Assembly (NCBI GenBank): GCA_024346625.1
Contig: AP024664.1
Span: 3,348,001 to 3,412,000, forward strand
Reading direction: 5' to 3'
Length of the DNA stretch: 64,000 nt
From: Williopsis jadinii
Taxonomy: Eukaryota
A program made the translations under genes and the position numbers. Below the pieces are notes generated by a model. It was given only the letters and a program-made list of their open reading frames with translations, was not told the DNA's origin and searched no databases. Shown here piece after piece: positions 56,886 through 64,000 of this stretch (positions within the stretch are counted from its first letter, which is position 1; every line of letters starts with the position of its first letter).

Positions 56886-57222
56886 GTGTTTGTGAGCCAC
56901 ATGCCATAGCATCAACGACACCACGGATGAGCAGCGAGGTGGTGAGAGCTGGTGAGATCTCATGAGAGCTGGTGAGAACTGATAAGCGCATCACAAGTGA
57001 TGCACTCTGCTGTGTCCAATCATCTCGCAGTCTTGGAGATAAGGCAAGCGCTACACAGGCCTCCAAACCGCCTGGTTGTTCGTTAAAACAGGCAACTATA
57101 TCTGCCAGGCTCGCAAGAACAGTGGCAAAAGAGAAAAGGACAATAATTCATTAAGTGTGTGGTTAATTAGGTCACTTGTAACGTGGTGTGGAGCATCTGT
57201 TGCAATTGGCCACTGTGGTTGG

Positions 57223-58944
57223 TTAGAAGTCGGTCTTTGAAGCGCTTGGTGCACCATTAGCGATCTCATCCAGCATACCGGCAGACGCAGCAACGAGGCC
57301 CAAGAAGGGCTTGGATGGGTCCAGAACCTTGGACATGTACTCTGGATGGTACTGTGTGCCGACAAAGAACGGGTGGTTCTCCAACTCGAAGATCTCCATT
57401 CTCTGGCCAGTCTCGTCCCTACCCACAAACTTCAAGCCATGTGCTTCGATTGTGGATATGAGCTTTGGATTGATCTCGTATCTATGACGGTGTCTCTCCT
57501 CGATCTGATCAAAGTTACCGTACAGCTTCTTCAGAACAGACTTGTCTGTCTGGAAAACAGTTGGACGCAGACCGAGTCTCATGGTGCCTCCCAGCTTCTC
57601 CTTGTCGATCTCTGGCATGTACACAACAGTGGCTTCGTCCTCTGTCAACTCTGGGACAAACTCTTGAGAGTTGGAATGCTCAATGCCGACAACAGATCTG
57701 ACAAACTCGATGGAGGCCACTTGGAATCCCAGACACACACCCAAGTATGGGATGTTGTTCTCTCTGGCCCATTTAGCAGCGCTCATCATACCTTCAGTAC
57801 CACGTTGACCGAAACCACCTGGAACGAGAATACCATCAGCAGAGCACATGTCGTGCCATGCCTTGTGGAACTTGATCTTGTCGCTCTCACTGGCCTCTGG
57901 CTCCAAATCAGTGGCTTCGACCCAAATGATCTCAAGACGACGACGACATCTCATGGAAGAGTGCTCCAAGGACTTGATGACAGAGGTGTAGGCATCTTTC
58001 AAATGCGTGTACTTACCCACGAGGGCAATCTTGACGGTCTCGTAAGATCTGTCATAGGACGTGGTAAGCTCTCTCCATCTGTGAAGCAAGTCAGCACCCT
58101 TCGAAGCATCTGCTTCTGAGATGTTGAGCGTGTCCAGTCTCAATCTCTGGGTCCAGTACTTGGTCATCTTCTGTTCCAGCAACAACAATGGAACGTGATA
58201 GGTAGAGTTCAGATCGTGGACTGCAATGACCTGGTCTGGACCAACATGACAGAACATGGAGATCTTCTCGATGGTTGGTCTCTCCAGCTTATCGGAACAA
58301 CGGCACGCAATAACATCCGGAGTCAAACCCAGAGATCTCAGATCCTTGATTGCAGCCTGAGTTGGTTTGGTCTTCTGTTCACCGTGAATCACAGGCACCA
58401 GAGAGACGTGCATTAGGGCAAAGTTATCACGGCCAACTCTGAACTGGAACTGTCTAAGCGCCTCCACGAAAGGAGCACTTTCGATGTCACCAACGGTACC
58501 ACCAAGCTCGATGATACAAACGTCCGGCTCCAGACCAGTGTCGTCAACTGGGATTTTGGAGACCCTCTCAATCCAGTCCTGGATTGCATTGGTCAAATGA
58601 GGAACAACCTGGACCGTCTTCCCCAAGTAATCACCCTTTCTTTCCCTCTCAATCACTTGCGAGTAGACCTTACCAGTGGTGATGTTGTGATCCCTGGTCA
58701 GGGTGATGTTCATGTAACGCTCATAGTTACCCAGATCCAAGTCTGACTCACCACCATCGTTCAGCACGAAAACCTCTCCGTGCTCTAATGGCGACATGGT
58801 ACCAGCGTCAATGTTCATGTACGGGTCAATCTTGATAGCAGTGACCTTCAAACCGAGCGTCTTCAGCAGCAGCCCTGTAGAGGATGCTAAGACACCTTTA
58901 CCGATACCGCTGATGACACCACCAGAAACAACAACGTACTTCAT
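57223..58944 (-). CDS. URA7: CTP synthase
   Basis: [17 protein letters not shown], glutaminase motifs GVCLG and QYHPE. Confidence 0.97.
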   Translation of the reverse strand: MKYVVVSGGVISGIGKGVLASSTGLLLKTLGLKVTAIKIDPYMNIDAGTMSPLEHGEVFVLNDGGESDLDLGNYERYMNITLTRDHNITTGKVYSQVIERERKGDYLGKTVQVVPHLTNAIQDWIERVSKIPVDDTGLEPDVCIIELGGTVGDIESAPFVEALRQFQFRVGRDNFALMHVSLVPVIHGEQKTKPTQAAIKDLRSLGLTPDVIACRCSDKLERPTIEKISMFCHVGPDQVIAVHDLNSTYHVPLLLLEQKMTKYWTQRLRLDTLNISEADASKGADLLHRWRELTTSYDRSYETVKIALVGKYTHLKDAYTSVIKSLEHSSMRCRRRLEIIWVEATDLEPEASESDKIKFHKAWHDMCSADGILVPGGFGQRGTEGMMSAAKWARENNIPYLGVCLGFQVASIEFVRSVVGIEHSNSQEFVPELTEDEATVVYMPEIDKEKLGGTMRLGLRPTVFQTDKSVLKKLYGNFDQIEERHRHRYEINPKLISTIEAHGLKFVGRDETGQRMEIFELENHPFFVGTQYHPEYMSKVLDPSKPFLGLVAASAGMLDEIANGAPSASKTDF

Positions 58945-59381
58945 TCTCTAAGCTCTATTCAAATGCTCTTTCTAGACAGAACGTGACGGCAAAATCAATG
59001 ACAAGGGTGAGAATGCAATGGCCCAACCTTCTAGAACGTTCTCAACTAAACGTATTCACCTCGAGGGAAGAAGAGAAGAAGGGGGAAAGAACTCAAAAGA
59101 AGAAGGGGCCTTTTAATGGTGAAGAAGAAGAGAAGAGCTGGGCTTGAAAAAAAATTTTTAGGCCTCGCTACGCGCGCGCTCCAGGAGGAATTTCCGATGA
59201 GGGCAGCGGCGGTTTGTGTTGGCTGGCTGGTTATGTAAGCACATGGCGTTGGATTACGTAAGGCAGGGTTATATTATACAATATTATATAATTATGTATA
59301 ATATAATGTTATATCATACCGTGCTCAGCTATAAGGTGTATCATCCCAATCCATTGCACAACACCAGGTGTAGAGCCCCTA

Positions 59382-59984
59382 TCACTGCACCTTTACACCT
59401 CCGATTCTCCCATCCTCATCCCGTAGGATCTGTGCACGGCCTCGCTTTACCAGTACTTTGATAGCCATCTCCAGGATACGGGGGTGTATTCCATGGAACT
59501 CTTGCTTCAGACTCAGGTCTCCGTTAGCTATCTCGTATAGTGTCAGCACTGTGCCTGCCTGTCCCGTCGATTCTATCCATTCCAGTACCATCGCAGCCCA
59601 GTCGTCTGGCCGGTTCCAATTCACATAGTACTGTGTGCTGTTGGATTTGCTCTTACCGTCAACAGGTGAGACGTCACCACTGCGTAACATCTCTTTGAAC
59701 AGTAGCCTTATGGTGTCGATGTCCAACTGTCGGTCAATCGCTTCGTTATGGAACACTTCGCTGGTGGAGTCAACATCCTGCTGTGAGTCTTCTAGTGACT
59801 CAGATTCAACGTCTCCCTGGGACAGCACCACCCCTCTGTCGTTCATTATCCAAATCCTATGGAAACGACAGTATGACAGTATCAGCTGTACCCACTGCTG
59901 CCGTTGGGCTGACCACGTTTGTTCATTGGGCTGTTTAGTGAAGAAAGGAGGGAAATTGTAGATCTTTGGGAAGGTAAACGACAT
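59382..59984 (-). CDS. VPS25: ESCRT-II subunit Vps25 (alternative start at 60011)
   Basis: FPKIYNFPPFFTKQPN and TVLTLYEI motifs. Confidence 0.92.
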   Translation of the reverse strand: MSFTFPKIYNFPPFFTKQPNEQTWSAQRQQWVQLILSYCRFHRIWIMNDRGVVLSQGDVESESLEDSQQDVDSTSEVFHNEAIDRQLDIDTIRLLFKEMLRSGDVSPVDGKSKSNSTQYYVNWNRPDDWAAMVLEWIESTGQAGTVLTLYEIANGDLSLKQEFHGIHPRILEMAIKVLVKRGRAQILRDEDGRIGGVKVQ

Positions 59985-60122
59985 TACTTTGCTTGTCTCA
60001 CCTTCTTCCATGTGATCAGTGTGTATGTGGTGAAGTTCTAACAGCGGCTCCGTGTTTGTTTTTCTTTTACAAATGGAGGTTGAAAACATCAACAAACACA
60101 TGGAATACATAGAATACGCACA

Positions 60123-60827
60123 ATGGAAGTACAGAAACGGGAGCTCGAGAGCCTGCTCAGGGGGAAGGACTCCCAGACGGTTGCACTGGACGTCCTGGAG
60201 CACGAGTATGTGAAGACATACGAGGAGCTTATCGATACGCTGGACACGCTAATGGAGTACGAAACCTGTAGAACCACGCGGGACATAAATATAAGCAGAG
60301 AAGATGTTCTACACGACTACACAGGAGAGGGTGATGTAAGCTCCTTAGCTAATACATTAGAGTATGAGCGTGGAATCCAAAGAATCCGGAAGATGGTTGT
60401 TGAAACTGGCCATAGAACCATTCCAATCTTACGGGCTGTACACCAAGTGGATGGTATTCCTCAAAGGGAGTCATCGTTGGCTGATATGTTAGACAACCGT
60501 GATCAGATGTTCATCGAGATCATCAAGTTGAGCAATGCTGTCAAGAAGAAGCAAGAAGAGCTCTTTACACTTGAAAGAGATAACGAAAGACTGCTGGCTG
60601 AGTCCACGTTACTCTCCAAAGTTCCGAGAAGTGACAAGGATGATCAGAATGATGAGACCAAAGACAATAGTGAAATGCTCAGACAAGAGCTCGAAACAGC
60701 GATTGATAAATCAACGAGGTATGCTGAACAAATCCAGCGGATAATCTTCGAAGAAGGATTGGACTGGTATAACGATAAAGATCTACTAGATGTAGTGGAG
60801 CTGTGTGGTTCCATAACCCAATTGTAA
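60123..60827 (+). CDS. Coiled-coil protein, probable CENP-H/Mcm16/Fta3 kinetochore subunit
   Basis: Coiled coil ending in IIFEEGLDWYNDKDLLDVV, which resembles the CENP-H C-terminal G(V/L)xWxxDxxL motif. Confidence 0.55.
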   Translation: MEVQKRELESLLRGKDSQTVALDVLEHEYVKTYEELIDTLDTLMEYETCRTTRDINISREDVLHDYTGEGDVSSLANTLEYERGIQRIRKMVVETGHRTIPILRAVHQVDGIPQRESSLADMLDNRDQMFIEIIKLSNAVKKKQEELFTLERDNERLLAESTLLSKVPRSDKDDQNDETKDNSEMLRQELETAIDKSTRYAEQIQRIIFEEGLDWYNDKDLLDVVELCGSITQL

Positions 60828-60877
60828 TTGTATATGTACATGAAATATCTTTTTAACAGTTGTAGGGAGCACTCTAT

Positions 60878-61603
60878 TTACAACTTGAAGACTCTGCTGT
60901 TAATGACATCCCAGTTCAAAGAGTCAAACACCTTCTTGATGTACTCCTTCTTGCCGTTAAGACCGTAATCGATGAGGTATGATTGATCCCATAAACTAAT
61001 GCCAATTAGTGGGAATGTAAAGTCCTGGATCCCCTCCTTGAGATCCTGCTTGATGGATTCCAACAGTTGGAAATCATCTTTACCAACTGGCCCGTTTAAA
61101 TCAATGCCTTGGTTAGCGTTGAATTGGTATGGAGAACCACTGTTGTTCAAGGTAAGAACTTCTAACTGCTTATCGGCTCTTTCAGCAAGGAACAACCATC
61201 CCTGACCAACAACGGCGTCAGAGGCATCAACAAAAACCTTTCCAAGGCCCTCTAAAGAACCAAATTGCTCGTTGATTCTCTGTTCCAACTGTCTAGATGG
61301 CCTCGTGTGGTTGTTCTCCGGACTGGTCAGCTGCTGGAAGAAAAAATGGTTGTTATGGGCCTGAGAGGCAACGTTGAACACCTTCTGCTTCGTCTGGTCC
61401 TTTGAGGTCACCTGTGCAATGTAGAACGGGAAACGAGTCTCGTCAGCGGTACCAGCAGTGAGCTCCGTCAATCTCGTGGTTAAGAACTGCTGGTAGTCCG
61501 TCCAGGCAGTTTGGAACCCAAGCGGAGAGTAAAGCCCAGGCAGCTGTGATACTGGAAGACGCGGAACTGTATGGAGAAGACGTCTCGATTGTCTAAGGAA
61601 CAT
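60878..61603 (-). CDS. RSM26: Mitochondrial 37S ribosomal protein with Fe/Mn-SOD-like fold
   Basis: LHTVPRLP...GFQTAWTDYQ..L, ASQAHNNHFF, LNWDVIN; lies near AIM25 and VPS25 as recalled in S. cerevisiae. Confidence 0.82.
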   Translation of the reverse strand: MFLRQSRRLLHTVPRLPVSQLPGLYSPLGFQTAWTDYQQFLTTRLTELTAGTADETRFPFYIAQVTSKDQTKQKVFNVASQAHNNHFFFQQLTSPENNHTRPSRQLEQRINEQFGSLEGLGKVFVDASDAVVGQGWLFLAERADKQLEVLTLNNSGSPYQFNANQGIDLNGPVGKDDFQLLESIKQDLKEGIQDFTFPLIGISLWDQSYLIDYGLNGKKEYIKKVFDSLNWDVINSRVFKL

Positions 61604-62011
61604 CTCTATACTCTCTTGGTTTTAGTTGCTTACAACCCAGAGAAGCCCAGTGCTTTGTTGTTTATGGTGAAATTTTCCAACAAAAGCGTTCGCCGGAGGG
61701 AAGAGAAAAAAAGATGATACACCCGTACACCGATACACCCGTGCACCGAAACATCCACACACCAAACCATCCGTACATTGCCGGTCGGTTATGAACGTTT
61801 GCACGTTTTTCGCTTCTCCGTGTGCGGGCACTAACAAACTCCATCGTCTTTTGCAGAAGTTTCTCTCTGTTCCCTCTGCTTCCATCTTTGCCATTCTAAA
61901 CGTTCAGCAGAGGGTTTTAATTTGATTGCTTGGGTATAAAAGTGCCGTCAATTCCTGTGATCTTTGCTTTCTCCTTGACGTGGACGGCCTGCATTTAAAG
62001 GTTTCGAAGAG

Positions 62012-62992
62012 ATGCTCAAAACAATTGGTTCAAGAGTGATACAGCAACGTACTCCAAGGAGTCTGCTATTATCCACGCAAAGCGTGAGGTTCTATTCTCC
62101 ATTACCTCGTTATAGCAAAGATGCTGGTAGATATCCAAGGAAGGCGACTGCGAGACGCCCAGGTGATAGACATCCACTGTATGATGATGCTCTTCATCCA
62201 TTCAAAGACACACAGGGTCGCATTGACTTTGACGTGACACCAGAGGTTCCAAATCCGTTTGGTGTCATTTCACACTCAGATCGTATTGCCAGAATCCTCA
62301 GTGAACCGACGTTAGTCATAGAGCGTCAAATTGAAATGATGAATGTGTTCTTAGGCTTCGAGCAGGTCAACAGGTATGTCATCATGGATGCTCTGGGAAA
62401 CAAGCTAGGGTTTATGGAGGAACGGGACTTGGGCTTCCTGAAGGCCATGATGCGCCAGGTTTATAGACTTCACAGACCCTTTACAGTTGATGTGTTCGAC
62501 AACGAGGGTAATAGCCTGCTGACCATTAAGAGACCTTTCAGTTTCATCAATTCTCATATCAAAGTGTTCCATCCCGGGTTCCAAAATGAGCAAGATGGGA
62601 TCATCGGCGAATCTGTCCAGAGTTGGCATCCATGGAGACGTCGGTATAACTTGTTCAAAGCGGACTCACCTGAAGAGTTCTCACAATTTGGCGCTATAGA
62701 TGCGAGATTCCTGAGTTTTGACTTCCCCGTGAGGGACGAAGAAGGCGTCGTTATCGGTGCAGTGGATAGAAACTGGGTCGGTTTGGGAAGAGAGTTATTC
62801 ACAGATACAGGTGTCTACATCATCAGAATGGATCCTGCGTCATTCGCAGGAATGCAGGACTACTACCCACAGGTTGGTGGTCCTCTCACACTTGACCAAA
62901 GAGCAATCTTACTTGCGAATGCCGTGAGTATCGATTTCGACTACTTCTCGAGACATTCCAACCAGGGAGGTCTAGTTACTTTTGGAGAGTGA
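62012..62992 (+). CDS. AIM25: Mitochondrial phospholipid scramblase family protein
   Basis: ILSEPTLVIERQIEMMNVFLGFEQ.NRY, RELFTDTGVY and LTLDQRA...SIDFDYFSRHS motifs; Arg/Ser-rich presequence. Confidence 0.92.
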   Translation: MLKTIGSRVIQQRTPRSLLLSTQSVRFYSPLPRYSKDAGRYPRKATARRPGDRHPLYDDALHPFKDTQGRIDFDVTPEVPNPFGVISHSDRIARILSEPTLVIERQIEMMNVFLGFEQVNRYVIMDALGNKLGFMEERDLGFLKAMMRQVYRLHRPFTVDVFDNEGNSLLTIKRPFSFINSHIKVFHPGFQNEQDGIIGESVQSWHPWRRRYNLFKADSPEEFSQFGAIDARFLSFDFPVRDEEGVVIGAVDRNWVGLGRELFTDTGVYIIRMDPASFAGMQDYYPQVGGPLTLDQRAILLANAVSIDFDYFSRHSNQGGLVTFGE

Positions 62993-63730
62993 TGATGACC
63001 ACGCACATTCGCAAACTGCTTTAGATATATTTATTATACATGATCTGGGGAAAAGAAAGCATTGGGCAGAGCTGTCGTCGAACTAGCACCAACATGTGTA
63101 CCCTGCTATTTCAAACGATACATCCAGTTGTTCTCGTATCATCTAACTACATGCAATCCAATGTCCATGTTGGTTTATAACCATAGCAATAGTATATCAT
63201 CGTATATTAACTGCCTAGGCTGCATAGCTTCAACAAGGTCCACCACGGCGGTATCTAACTTCCGAAAGCCGACGCGTATAAATACGCGGAGCCTCTAAAG
63301 AACCACACCACCGGAAGCTCACCAGATACCAATCCACGAACTAACAATCACAACCAGCGGCTCCAGGTCCTCAATTGGCCCTCTGCCTGGGTCTGACCTA
63401 CAACACAGCTCCAAAACCTCCCACTGTATGCTGGAAACATACCACAGGTCACGTGACCACGTCGGCATTAACACGCAGCCTCGGCGCTTTTACGAGCGTT
63501 TCCCTGACGACACGCAGCGGAAAGTTTCCTCCGGCTCTGCCCCGACGTGACGCTGTGGGCAGGGCACCCGCATAAAGTCACACACAGACGTTGCAACATC
63601 GATGGCCATTCGACTACTTCTTCAATCAGGGGGATTGATGTCCGTGTATAAATCAAGCGTGTCGGAAGTTTGAGGTCTGCCTTCTTTCATAAACTTGGTC
63701 TGTAACTGTTGCGCTATCAAATAGTCGAAG

Positions 63731-64000
63731 ATGTCGCCAAAGCCAACGTACATTGAATTTAAGGACCCGAAGAAGTCGCAGTCTGGTAAACCCCATTTAC
63801 CGTTTAACAGACAGACACAACCTCTTTACCCTCAGCAATCGATTCCACTTGCACAATATACAAACCTGAGGGCGTACAACCCTGGTGGTGTGATTGGGGA
63901 AAAGGACTTGGCTGGTCGTATTCTCAGTGAGCCCATTCTCATTGTCGAGCGTCTCATTCAACCGTATGAGCTTGCTGTGGGGTTCGAAGAGTGCAACAGG
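63731..64000 (+). CDS. Second scramblase-family gene (AIM25 paralog), truncated by the window end
   Basis: Open 90 codons ending NPGGVIGEKDLAGRILSEPILIVERLIQPYELAVGFEECNR, aligning with AIM25 NPFGVISHSDRIARILSEPTLVIERQIEMMNVFLGFEQVNR. Confidence 0.82.
   Translation, partial: MSPKPTYIEFKDPKKSQSGKPHLPFNRQTQPLYPQQSIPLAQYTNLRAYNPGGVIGEKDLAGRILSEPILIVERLIQPYELAVGFEECNR

Noticed and set aside
56053..57066. ORFs with PHT, HRT or VRC tripeptide runs
   Set aside because: Translations of the 9-bp minisatellite and of GC-rich promoter DNA
60878..61603. Superoxide dismutase call
   Set aside because: SOD-like fold, but the DxWEH metal motif is absent (SLWDQSY); sequence and gene order fit Rsm26

Overview
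This is a 64-kb gene-dense segment of a budding-yeast (Saccharomycotina) chromosome. It uses the standard genetic code, since CTG encodes conserved Leu in CNB1 ([10 protein letters not shown]). That argues against the CUG-Ser clade; a Phaffomycetaceae-like yeast such as Cyberlindnera or Wickerhamomyces is a guess. The window holds about 35 protein genes, many in gene neighbourhoods recalled from S. cerevisiae, plus one tRNA-Val(AAC). Items the ORF track misses or shows only in part: (1) a 466-bp solo LTR with TG..CA ends and a perfect GCTGA target-site duplication 13 nt upstream of the tRNA; (2) a heavily decayed pseudogene at about 31.4-32.9 kb that is a paralog of the intact MFS transporter at 54.4-55.9 kb; (3) a four-intron IWR1 and several other spliced genes; (4) a second scramblase (AIM25 paralog) cut by the window end. 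Also present are tandem opsin-like HSP30/YRO2 paralogs, dynactin p62, a Sac2-like phosphatase and a MUG113/T5orf172 protein. I found no clear multi-gene novel system. Gene identifications come from recalled motifs and gene order, not database searches.
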